A stretch of 64,000 nt of DNA from Macrostomum lignano (taxonomy: Eukaryota): positions 1-64,000 of the forward strand of contig NIVC01003844.1 of the NCBI GenBank assembly GCA_002269645.1, in the 5' to 3' direction. Positions 20,935 to 32,024 of the stretch are shown here, piece after piece; position 1 is the stretch's first letter; each line of letters begins with the position of its first letter. A program made the translations under genes and the position numbers. Below the pieces are notes generated by a model. It was not told where the DNA came from, made no database searches, and was given only the letters and a program-made list of their open reading frames with translations.

Positions 20935-21764
20935 AGATCTGCTATCGTGCTTTTACCCTGCGATCATCAACATTCGAATCGAAACCCGGACCCGCCTAAG
21001 CGGAGACCAACTAGATGAAAGTATGTTAAAGTTCGAGCCGCACCCGACCATAGCGCGTACAGGCCCGATCCTGATCCGTGTTTCAATCCGAACGAAGTTC
21101 CCCCTACTCCAAGGGCGTACCTACAGAGCAAGGATCCCACCGGTGAGAATCGAACCACCAGACCGAACCGGGTGCGGGGGGCCACCCAATCCGAAGGCAG
21201 AACAATCCTCACAATCATCCGCACTAGAAGCAAAGCTTTAGCCCGGAATCCTGATCAGTTATGTTTACCCTCTACCAGGTTTCCCCGGTAGTGGAGCCAT
21301 TTTTCGAACTGGAGCTCCCCGGCATCCAGCCGCCATTACTGAACAGTCCTCCAGGCTTCGGCGAAGCTTCTGCCAAGCTTAAGTCTCAGGCCTCTTCTTC
21401 CGTGGGAAGTCTTCTTAGCTCTTAGTAGCGTAGGTAGTGCTGCCACCAGTTCCTTCAGGTCTCGGCCTTCGATGAGGTGAGCTTCCCGTCGGAACGAAAT
21501 ACACAAGTCAACAAACTCAACACGACGTGCAGACTTGCAGCTCAACGTAAAGGCGTCTCGTTAGCAGTACCTGCCGGGCTTGGTTGGTACAGGGAGGGCT
21601 GTGTTAGTCTCTCTTAGGCTAGGGTTGGCTTTAGTAGGGTCGCAGTCAGACCAATAGGAGAGAGCTCAGTGTATGCAAACACTTAAAGAACAGTCGTTCA
21701 GTACAGACACTGGGAAACGCTGAAAACTAGGAACTCCTTGACGGAAACAAGGGGGAGAGGGGTC

Positions 21765-21966
21765 CTATTTATAGCGCGGGATTCACCTCTAGCCCATTGC
21801 ACAAGATCTCGTGACTCGTTCTATTTTGAGAACTAACGTCACTCAGGGCCTCCGGGCAGGGTCCCAATCCGCGCAAGACCTCGTGACTCGTTCTATTTTT
21901 AGACCTGACGTCACTTGGGGTCTTCGGGCAGAGTACGCGTGGCTGTGACTCAGTTGCTATTTTTAG
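21765..21966. promoter_or_regulatory. Candidate enhancer/promoter: repeated units with AP-1-like, MEF2-like and CRE motifs plus a minus-strand TATA
   Basis: CTATTTATAG 21765 (TATAAATA on minus), CTATTTTGAG 21821, CTATTTTTAG 21893 and 21957, TGACGTCA 21906, TGACTCA 21946, GTGACTCG twice. Confidence 0.3.
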
Positions 21967-22111
21967 CAACATGAATCACTCCTCTCCTTAGAGAAGGAAG
22001 GGGGCCGTAAGCACGTGACTCTCCAAGTAAACAGGACCAGCGAGTGCAATAACTTGTTTACTGCACTTTAGGACTCCAAGAACGAGAGGCTTGTCATGTG
22101 ACTGGCTCACA

Positions 22112-22342
22112 TGACAGGGGAAACTGAGACTGACGAAATAAAGACAGCCCACAGCAGAGAAGCTGAGGGCTGAGAAACGAAGTGCAAAACGGACAGAAGG
22201 AGGGACAGGAGCAGCAACAGACAGCCAAAAGGAAGGAGGCGCGAAGCTGACCAGCGGCAGACAGCAACCCAGGGCGAGGGCGAGGGCAAGGGCAACTGCT
22301 GACAAAGTGCGACGCCTAACACTAAAATAGCGGATTACTACA
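22112..22342. repeat. TG...CA-bounded LTR-like repeat of about 230 bp, copy 1
   Basis: Diverged direct repeat of 24961-25189; no TSD seen. Confidence 0.55.
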
Positions 22343-22409
22343 GCTGTATTGACTAGAAAAATTAAGTTGCGGCTGTAAGAAGCTCAGCTCTAATAAAAAA
22401 AGCAATTCT

Positions 22410-23500
22410 TTAAACACTTTTCAGGCGGGCCACTGCAGGCACCCTGAACCCCCTTCTATCCCATTTTCTAGTGTCTAGGTCGAAACTGTGCACTCCAGTG
22501 GCATCAGCTTTATTATACCAGCGCTTAGCTAGGCTCCAAATGCGCTCTTTGATCATAGGCATCTTAGTGATGTAGTGCAAATAGCTAATTATTGTGTACG
22601 CTGGGGCATCAAGGGACACCCTGAGTGCCTTGTTCTGCATCAGCTGAAGCTTATTGAGCTGTACATCCGTGAGATATATCAGCACTGGAGCACCATAGAC
22701 CATACAACTCTCTATGTACAATCTATAGATTAGTCTGAGCCCTAGCTGAGAGATTCCAGTCTTTGGCTAAGCTTTGAAGCGCGAACAATTTATTTTGAGC
22801 AGCATGCACGATTTTGGCCAGGTGTGGCTTAAAGGTGAGCTGTTTTTCGAGGATAATACCTAAGAAGGAGACGGAGTCATGGTAAGGGATGGACTGATTT
22901 CCAAGTAACAGGGGGGGGGCTTGTCAGGCCCAGTACGTTGGTTGCCCAGAGGCTTAAAGAACAAAATCGCTGTGCTCTTATTGGGGTTGATAATAATCCC
23001 AACTTCGTCAAGCCAGACCTGAGCTTTCTTGAAGTAGGCGTTAAGAAGTTTAGCTGAGATTGAGGATGTCCTGGCGCTCGCCCAAACCGCCAGATCATCC
23101 GCATATTGACTAACATGTACCTTTCTATCAGCAGGCAGTGGAATATTGTTGACATATACCAGGAAGAGCAGCGGCGAGAAAACTCCCCCCCCCTGTGGAA
23201 CTCCAGCTGCCGGGGAGAAGCTCTCGCTAAGAGCCCCTCCAACCTGGACCTGCAGATCTCTATCGTCAAGATAGCTGGAAACTGACCTCGTTAGGCAATG
23301 GGGTAGACCACTTTCAAGGAGATCTAACCGTAGCGAGTCATGCCAGACTCCATCGAAGGCACCTTCAACGTCAAAGAAGACCCCAAGGGTGTACTGACTG
23401 AGTTGCAGCATCTTGAGGACGTCATCAGTAATCCTAACTATGTTATCGAAGGTGCAATCATCTTGTCTATATGCACATTGATCTGGACTAATGATATTGC
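22410..23500 (-). mobile_element. Jockey-like LINE RT fragment (RT motifs through C-terminus), degenerate
   Basis: NIISPDQCAYR...VFFDVEGAFDGVWH...GVPQGG...SPLLF...QYADD...LQLMQNKALR. Confidence 0.85.
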
Positions 23501-23534
23501 GGTTAGGGTTAGGGTTAGGTTAATAGAGGCAAAC

Positions 23535-23860
23535 TAGCAATCAGCGCCCCCCGTTGGGGAGCCAAAAAAATGCAGTACAAGATTTTTTAATAAACTACAT
23601 GTAAGCGTCTCTTTGCATTATACCTTGTAAGCCTTGACATGTCAGAAAATCCCCCCACAAGCCTTAGCATATCAACCCCCTTGACATCTTAGCAATGCCC
23701 CATAAGCCTTGCAATCTTAAAAAATCTGTCAACCTTCTAACCCTAGCCCTAACCCTAAACCTAACCCTAACCCTAACCCTAAACCTAACCCTAAACCTAA
23801 CCCTAATCCTAACCCCACCCTAATCCCTAATCCTAACCTTAATCCCTAATCCTAATGCTA
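23535..23860 (+). repeat. Non-coding element ending in a degenerate (CCCTAA)n telomere-like tract; inverted relative at about 24150-24410
   Basis: CTAGCAATCAGCGCCCCCCGTTGGGGAGCC... followed by a CCCTAA/CCTAAA array at about 23738-23857. Confidence 0.75.
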
Positions 23861-24125
23861 ACTCTCACCCAATCTCCTTCCGCCTCTGGTCCCCTGGTAT
23901 CTTAATCTGTCTGGGTTAGGGATTAGGGTTAGTGTAAGGTAAGGTGAGGTTGGGTACTTGCTAATTGAAGCGACTGGGGCCCAGGTCCGCGGGAGATCCA
24001 GGGCACCACCAGGGAGGCTGGGGAAGGAGGAGGAGGAGGGGGAGGAGGCACTGGCCCCCGCCACAGCGTCCTCGGGTACTGGGGTCTCAACCCAGACCGG
24101 AACAGGGCGACGGGATCCATTGCAC

Positions 24126-24410
24126 CCTAACCCTAACCATTGCACAAGATCTAGGTTAGGGTTAGGGTTAGGGTTAGGGTTAGGCTAGAATTAGAAAGTA
24201 GACAGATTTTTTAAGATTTCAAGGCTTTTAGGGGCATCGCTGAGATGTCAAGGGGGGAAGTTGATATGTTAAGGCTTGTGGGGGAAATTGCTGACATGTC
24301 AAGGCTTACAAGGGACTGCTGAGGTAAAATGCAAAGAGACGCTACATGTAGTTTATTAAAACAACTTGTACTGCATTTTTTGGCTCCCCAACGGGGGGCG
24401 CTGATTGCTA
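24126..24410 (-). repeat. (TTAGGG)n tract plus the inverted copy of the 23535-23740 element
   Basis: GGTTAGGGTTAGGG at 24146-24186, then a diverged reverse complement of the 23535-23740 segment. Confidence 0.75.
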
Positions 24411-24469
24411 GCTGATTGCTAGTCCTAAACCTGACAAACCAAAAGGTCAGGTGGACAGCTACCGTCCAA

Positions 24470-24960
24470 TTTGCCTCTATTAACCTAACCCTAACCCTAA
24501 CCGCAATATCATTAGTCCAGATCAATGTGCATATAGACAAGATGATTGCACCTTCGATAACATAGTTAGGATTACTGATGACGTCCTCAAGATGCTGCAA
24601 CTCAGTCAGTACACCCTTGGGGTCTTCTTTGACGTTGAAGGTGCCTTCGATGGAGTCTGGCATGACTCGCTACGGTTAGATCTCCTTGAAAGTGGTCTAC
24701 CCCATTGCCTAACGAGGTCAGTTTCCAGCTATCTTGACGATAGAGATCTGCAGGTCCAGGTTGGAGGGGCTCTTAGCGAGAGCTTCTCCCCGGCAGCTGG
24801 AGTTCCACAGGGGGGGGGGAGTTTTCTCGCCGCTGCTCTTCCTGGTATATGTCAACAATATTCCACTGCCTGCTGATAGAAAGGTACATGTTAGTCAATA
24901 TGCGGATGATCTGGCGGTTTGGGCGAGCTCCAGAACATCCTCAATCTCAGCTAAACTTCT
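24470..24960 (+). mobile_element. Inverted near-identical duplicate of the Jockey-like RT fragment (partner of 23044-23533)
   Basis: Same translation apart from a G-run length difference and one substitution; shares the same (CCCTAA)3 junction. Confidence 0.85.
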
Positions 24961-25189
24961 TGACAGGGGAAACCAAGACTGACGGAACGAGGTCAGCCCA
25001 CAGCAGAGAAGCTGGGGGCTGAGAAACGAAGGGCAAAGCGGGCAGAAGAAGGAAGGGAGCAGCAACAGACAGACAAAAGGGGACCGGACGGGACGCTGCC
25101 CAGCGGCAGACAGCAACCCAGGGCGCGGGCCAGGCAAGGGCGACTGCTGACAGAGTGGGACGCCTAACATCAACTAGCGGATCACTACA
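24961..25189. repeat. LTR-like repeat, copy 2; truncates the RT duplicate
   Basis: TGACAGGGG...CTACA, homologous to 22112-22342. Confidence 0.55.
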
Positions 25190-25665
25190 ATAAACTCACT
25201 CTAATTTAATCCAGGTAAGCTATTGGCTGATTTTTTAACCCCCTCAATTCTCCTTCACACTGTACATAAAAGATTTTTTTAGTTTCTCAAAGCTTGTTGA
25301 TAATAAACTGTTTACCAATCAAAAAGCTTTGCGAAATCAACAGCCAATCCGCGACAAGTGGGTGAATTAGAAAGATTTTTGACCATTCTTTTCTCTGATT
25401 GGTCATCCATATCTGACTATTGATCTTTGCTTTGTACCCCCCCCCAATTAGTCCCAAATCATGCCATTGACATGATTCATCACGAGTGCCAATTGGGTGT
25501 GTAGGTTAGGGTTGTCCGAGAATGCTTTGTAATAAAAGTTGAGTGCACTAGGTGAATTTTTTTCTTAACCACAACAGCTTCAATTATCAAACACTTATTT
25601 GTGACAAGTTAAGGATATAATTATTTTGTCCAGCTATATCATTCCAACAAACAAGCATTAGAGTC

Positions 25666-26245
25666 ATGCGATTGACAAGCCAAAAAAGCAAAGTGTGTAT
25701 CGCTGCTCTGCTTCCGGGCCTGATGCACGCTGCTATCGTTGGTCTGGTAATGAGGCTGAGCAAAATCACGGACTTCGAAGGCAAAAGAGGACCAGCCCAA
25801 GTGTTCTCCTTCATCCTATGTGATGACACGGGCGAAATTCGAGTCAGCGTGTTTGGAAAGAATCTAAAGCCATTTTTGACCGTGTGTCAAGAGGGCGTCA
25901 TCTTCTGCATATCTGGCGGCTATGTGAAGAAGGCTGATCCAAGCTACAGCACTACGGACAATGAGCACGAGATAACCGCTTCCACTGACTAACGTGGTAC
26001 TATTAAGAGGACAGCCGAGACAGTCTGTCGAAGTCCACCGATCTATAAGAAGATTAAAGAGACTTCCGGCAGTGAAATGAAGACGTAAGTGTAATTTTCT
26101 ACCGTAAAAACTTAGTTATTTAGATTTCCAGTCAGTGAATTTGCCTACTAAATTATCAGTTTAATTCTTTCTATTAACCTTACCTCCCTTCGCACAACAC
26201 ATCACAGGAAATTTGACGTCTGTGGCACGATTGTGATGTTCAGAA
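25666..26245 (+). pseudogene. RPA70 (RPA1)-like OB-fold gene fragment with an intron (26085-26207) and a premature stop at 25990-25992, cut by a satellite
   Basis: QVFSFILCDDTGEIRVSVFGKNLKPFLTVCQEGVIFCISGGYVKKADPSYSTTDNEHEIT matches the RPA70 DBD-A pattern; the in-frame splice AC|GTAAGT...CAG|G gives KFDVCGTIV. Confidence 0.7.
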
Positions 26246-26945
26246 ACCACAGGACTCAGACCAGTTGGAATCTTCTGTCTCTGAATAGTCAGACTCTGAC
26301 TCAGACCAGTTGGAGTCTTCTGTCTCTGAATAGTCAGACTCTGACTCAGACCAGTTGGAGTCTTCTGTCTCTGAATAGTCAGACTCTGAATCAGACCAGT
26401 TGGAGTCTTCTGTCTCTGATAGTCAGACTCTGACTCAGACCAGTTGGAGTCTTCTGTCTCTGATAGTCAGAATCTGACTCAAACCAGTTGGAGTCTTCTG
26501 TCTCTGAATAGTCAGACTCTGACTCAGACCAGTTGGACTCTGACTCAGACCAGTTGGTGTCTTGTCTCTGAATAGTCAGACTCTGACTCAGACCAGTTGG
26601 TGTCTTGTCTGTGAATAGTCAGACTCTGACTCAGACCAGATGGTGTCTTGTCTGTGAATAGTCAGACTCTGACTCAGACCAGTTGGTGTCTTGTCTGTGA
26701 ATAGTCAGACTCTGACTCAGACCAGTTGGTGTCTTGTCTGTGAATAGTCAGACTCTGACTCAGACCAGATGGTGTCTTGTCTGTGAATAGTCAGACTCTG
26801 ACTCAGACCAGTTGGTGTCTTGTCTGTGAATAGTCAGACTCTGACTCAGACCAGATGATGTCTTGTCTGTGAATAGTCAGACTCTGACTCAGACCAGATG
26901 GTGTCTTGTCTGTGAATAGTCAGACTCTGACTCAGACCAGTTGGA
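26245..26945. repeat. Tandem repeat with 45-bp units grading to 43-bp units, about 16 copies
   Basis: GACTCTGACTCAGACCAGTTGG(A/T)GTCTT(CT)GTCT(C/G)TGAATAGTCA. Confidence 0.9.
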
Positions 26946-27219
26946 GTCTATCTGAATCAGTTCTTGGCTCTCGGATTGCTCCATGCAGAGCTTTCAGTTT
27001 TTTATCAGGAATCAAAACTGAAATAATGTTTCGAAAATAAAATTTTTGCATACAAAAATTAGCTAAATATTTAAACTAGACTGTTGATGCTCATAATAGT
27101 GTAGCTGGAATCATACGTGCGTATTACTAAAAACTTTTTTATCACGTTAGTCGTGTCTTCAATAGCAAAACTCAAATTTAATTTAAAAAGGAATCCGAAA
27201 ATCAACATGTGGTTTTTTC

Positions 27220-27251
27220 GACGCGTTTCGCACACCAAGGTGCATCGTCAG
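27220..27251 (-). ncRNA. Minimal hammerhead ribozyme core in the PLE pseudo-LTR
   Basis: CTGACGA-TGCACCTTGGTGTGC-GAAAC-GC-GTC. Confidence 0.75.
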
Positions 27252-28209
27252 GTATATTGTTTGAAACGAAAGGTGTGAGTAAGCGAATTTATAAATTATT
27301 TGTCAATGAAACGTATGTAGCTGGTGAGTAAGTATTTTGTATGTACAGAGTAGTAGGAGGTTGATAGTCCGTAGGGCGGGGCGAAAGCCAATAGGCAGAA
27401 AACAAAATATAACTCAATGAGCACTGGTTACAACAAGGTCAGTGCTCTCTCACTCAGAATACACGGAAAACATGGCCTGCACACTGTGTTGGAGTTGCGT
27501 ATTAAGGGTGGGCGACTGGTTTTTTATTTACAAGGCTACTAAGATCTTGAGCTTGTGATCAGATGGGCATTGATCGATGATTTTAAAGCGTTCTTCAGGT
27601 GTACAATTAGAGCAACTGTTACATTCCAAAAGGTGGGTTTGGATGGCCGACGGTTTGAGCCAGTGCTCCCTAGTTCTAGTGTGCAGGTGTCTTTTGGTCT
27701 TCCCCACGTAGGAGGGAGATCGGAGACGCTCTGATCAACAGAGCAGTTGAAACAGTAGACAACACCTGCACACAGATCACGGGGTACACGTGAATTTAAC
27801 CGACCGACAAAACTGCAACTTTGGAAGAGCGGAAAATAATGCGAATTGGGCTGTTGAAAGAGTTGTGGAATAATTTGCAAATCCTGTTTTTGAAGGTGAG
27901 AGAAGGATGGCTAAAGAAAGGGAGAATGAGGGTTGGTTCACTAAGGTAAATGTAGTCAGGTTTGGAAACTTTTAGTTGATTCATTCTTTCAGAAATTAAT
28001 TGTGGATGTTGTGGTGGATGAAGGCAGAAGGGTAACCGTTTTGTTGGAGCATTTTGGTCAGGAATCTAATTTCTTGGTCAAAGTTGATCCAGGAGTTGCA
28101 GACAGTGTAGGCTCTGTGAAGCAAGCATCTTACTCACCAGCTACATACGTTTCATTGACAAATAATTTATAAATTCGCTTACTCACACCTTTCGTTTCAA
28201 ACAATATAC

Positions 28210-28241
28210 CTGACGATTAACCTTGGTGTGCGAAACGCGTC
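28210..28241 (+). ncRNA. Second hammerhead core in the inverted pseudo-LTR, with stem II mutated
   Basis: CTGACGA-TTAACCTTGGTGTGC-GAAAC-GC-GTC. Confidence 0.6.
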
Positions 28242-29554
28242 GAAAAAACCACATGTTGATTTTCGGATTTCTTTTTATTTTACTTGCCAAGCCACTTTAC
28301 CAAATTTAATTTATTCATTTTTTCGTTTTAAAATAGGCATGCTTTACATATTTTATGCTATAATAAGTTGTTGAATAATGCAGCTCTAACTTTGAAACAC
28401 CAAACATATTCTATTTAATAAAAAAAACTTTTTTCACTATTTTGTATTCCAATAATCAGTAGACACTTTTGTGCTTCAGCACGCACATTAACAACCTTAT
28501 TTAATTTTAATTATGTTGTGACCTTGTACTAAACCTTTGCAAACTTTCCGACTATTCAGTAAACATTTCATTCGAGAAATTTCCGCGCTAAAATATGATT
28601 CTAAATATAGTAACTTCAATTCCCGCGTGACTCTTTCTAGAAAATTCTTTCTTCCGGAGTGTTCCATGAAAAAGCTATAAACATAAATCACCCGCAATCA
28701 AACGGTTGCAGTTCTTCGATCTATCTTGTAAACTTATCTTATTACCAATAATAATTAAGAACCACCGGCTTTCGCCTCGTTTATTTAAAACGTTACAATT
28801 ATTTCAATTTACAATCGCAGCCTTATATAAATTTTACTGGTTAGGAATAAAATGTTAGGGTGCGTTCGGGTGGCTTAAAATAAGTTAAAATGACTTAAAA
28901 TGAGTTTAAGCGCCATTTTAACGTCCTCAGTAAAACAAAACAAATGACAAGATTTCATTTTAAAAAACCGGTAAGTATTCATACACAATGTTTTAAGGGT
29001 TGTAAAAACCTAGTTTAAAATTTTAAATGGGTAGATAGTCAGTCTAAACCTGTTTTCTACATTATGAGACGGTAATTTATAACAAATCGTTAAGTGAGAA
29101 ATATTTGTCAATGCTGTTTCAGTAAATTGCTTTCTACTAGTGTTATTATTTTAGTGTGAATATTTATTATAACAGTAGTAAATATCATTTTAAATTACTT
29201 TACTGATAGGTATAATCAAGTCTAGGAGCCTCTTCACGAAAATCGGTTCTAGAACCAGAATAAATTCAAGTTCTGGAACCCGAACCAGAGCAAAATGAGG
29301 AGCTTCGAACAAAAATAAAGGAATACAAACGAATATTTATTCTGTTACAGCATGATTTAATAATCATCATGCAGTCATTTACTATTACTATTTTTTACCC
29401 AGGAATAGTATATAATACAGTGTTTTTGTTTTACTAGACAATCAAAATTTTTAACACGATATATTTGCAAGAAATAAGCACCGCTGGCTTTTATGTACAG
29501 AGTCAGTCCACAGCGTATTATTCGGGGTGCATTTTTTACTTTTACTAACTTGAA

Positions 29555-30518
29555 ATGGAACATCTGACGAAATTTAGTTTCTTAAAAGATAATGTCATAA
29601 TCGAAATCGCCGCCGAGTCTGAGAACGAAGCCCTGCGGTACCTCGAAAGCTGCGAATTTAGCACACTAGGAGAGCGCATAGCTATACAGCCTCCGCGGGA
29701 TATGAAGACCGACTCCTTGGAGCACGAATTTTTGAAGGTACTTTGGACAGCGGAAGTACATGTGGAGACAACCAGTCTGCTGTAGCCGTTGACTCTGGAA
29801 GTTCTACATCTAAGGATCTTAGTCTTAAAGCATCTGTTGAAGAGAAACGTAAACTTGAAACGAAGTGCTTCCTGGCATGTGTATCTAAGCGTAAGAGAGA
29901 ATTCGAAAGCAAGATCATTAAAAAAAAGTTATTTGGAAGCATCTTGAAGACGACATGCAAAAGCAAGGATACCAACTACCTGCGGAACAGTGCGAAAACA
30001 AGTATAAAGTTTTGAAAAAGAAATATTCTAATTTCATTTTACAGCAGGCTAAGTCTGGAGAAGGCAAAAAGGAAATTGAATTTCAAAAGGAGTTAGAAGA
30101 ACTTTTTGGTAAGCATGCTGATGTTGCCCCGAAATTTTTGCTGACTGCACAGATGCCTGTGTCACTTGGTGATCAACATTCTATTGGCACACCTAATGCC
30201 AATTATTTGAGGTCAGATGCAACATCAACATTGACTTCTAGCCCTGTACAACAGCAACAAAGTGGCAATGAAAAAAGAGCAACTGACTTTCCAACAGCAG
30301 GCAAGCAAAATGTTAAGCAACAAGGAAAGAAAAAAGAAGAGAAAGAAGCAAGCAATGAAAGAGTTGAAACATTATGTCGAGCAATTTTAGAGAAACTAAA
30401 TGAGAATCAGCAAGAACATAAGGAAACAAGAAGCCTAATGGAGCGTCAGCATGCAGAGCGAATGGAGAGACAAGACAGGTTTTTGGAGCTTTTTGCAAAG
30501 AGTATTGACAAGAAGTAA
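29555..30518 (+). CDS. Harbinger Myb/SANT-like (trihelix) DNA-binding protein; two apparent frameshifts near 29740 and 29930
   Basis: ETKCFLACVSKRKREFESKIIKKK(fs)VIWKHLEDDMQKQGYQLPAEQCENKYKVLKKKY...KSGEGKKEIEFQKELEELFG. Confidence 0.75.
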
Positions 30519-32024
30519 CTGCTGCCAATTTTTCCTATGGTGTCTTACTATTACTTTAATGGTAAATGGTTGATTGTAAAAGACAGTTATTTATATAAGA
30601 AAAGTGGTAGCCAGTTTTTCCTTTTATTTAGTATTTTAGTTCTTACATTATTACCCTTTATAGTGTCATTTATTCTAATCTTCTTCAACGCGTATGCATG
30701 CTTGTATTCTTTGGGTCCTCAGTTTTCTTTTTTATTTATTATGTAAAATATTTTGTCATTTTTGAGATGTGGCAATTTATCTAGCTTAAATTAAAAGCAT
30801 TTAACATAGTTTTAAAATAAGTATTTCGTATAATTTCAGGCCACATTATATATGAACTTACAGAGTAAGACTCACATCATGTTTTTGATATAACATGTCT
30901 ATAACAAGTGCTAATAGACTTGTAGACTCTTAGAGATTCCTAGAGAGATAGAATAGCTTTAACAGAATTGAAGAGACTTGACTTGAATAGAATAAAATAT
31001 AATAGACTTCAGTTAGTTCTTTAAACCTTCAAAAACTTAGTGTTTAGCTTTAGAGTTAAAATTTATTTTGTTGCATTAATGAATAATGGTTTAATACAGA
31101 GATAAATGTACAGGGTATCAGAATAAAAAATAAAAAAAATTACACACATTGATTGTCAACAATGTTTATTGCTACAATTTTCCTTGGTAATAAAGATGTA
31201 AAAATGCATAGCAATATATGTTACAATGGCTTACATCAATGCATTTTTTAAGGTATGTATAATGTGCCATGCATCTGTCTCTCTAAAATATTGTATTGCT
31301 TTTGCCATCTTGCTTTTGCCATCTGTATGACTCATATATCTGCTAATTTTTTAGTTATAGCTTTTTAACATTGTATAAAAGTGACTATTTGTATAGTACT
31401 ATACATACAGTAGAAAATGTAGAGTATTGTAGTTAACACAGTTATTATATATGCTGGCTCCCATATATAGGGGGGCTTATATGGGAGCCAGTCAAATGGG
31501 ACTACTAGTAATCATATCTAAAACTAAAAGTTCCAATTTGAGAAAAAGATATATTATAGAGTGCTTTGAATATGTACTGCCAATATGTATATGGACAATT
31601 ACATATACAAATTTTTCCACTGCCATATAGATAAGTTCTTTACCATTTATATAGTACTATATGAATAGTCACTCCATTCTACCAGTGTATCCTATGAAAA
31701 TACATTTTCCATTGTGCATTGTTCTATGTGTATCTTTACTTTAAAAAAACATGATATTAATAAATGGCAAGAAAGTGTTAGGAGAAATGTTACAAGAAGT
31801 GTAGCTATTAAAAGCATGGTTAATTTTTTCCATCTTCATAAATGCACCTGAAGCAATGTCTTACTGTCTTGTCTTTTTAATTTTTATATAGCAGACAGAA
31901 ATGTCACTGAGACAGTGACCAGGGATATTCAAAATGCCTGGAGTAAATGCAATTGCATGAAGTTATCCATTAGGTAAATGAGTGAGTCTATTTTTCAATT
32001 ACATATCAAGGTGTCTTTTCTAAT

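Larger units (their letters stand above)
27190..28270 (-). mobile_element. Penelope-like element, 5'-truncated: post-RT linker and GIY-YIG endonuclease (degenerate), 3' pseudo-LTR and inverted 5' pseudo-LTR
   Basis: HRAYTVCNSW...NGYPSAFI; PRDLCAGVVYCFNC(fs)YVGKTKRHLHTRTREH...SAIQTHL...PTLNTQ; about 140-bp inverted repeat at 27194-27335 and 28130-28268. Confidence 0.85.

Noticed and set aside
23738-24186. Chromosome end or telomere fusion site
   Set aside because: The tracts are short, degenerate, interstitial and oriented opposite to a fusion.
22112-25189. Intact LTR retrotransposon or TRIM
   Set aside because: No TSD, PBS, PPT, gag or integrase; the two repeats are far more diverged than the internal arms.
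26245-26945. CRISPR-like appearance of regular repeats here and at 58-64 kb
   Set aside because: No unique spacers, no cas genes, and a eukaryotic context.
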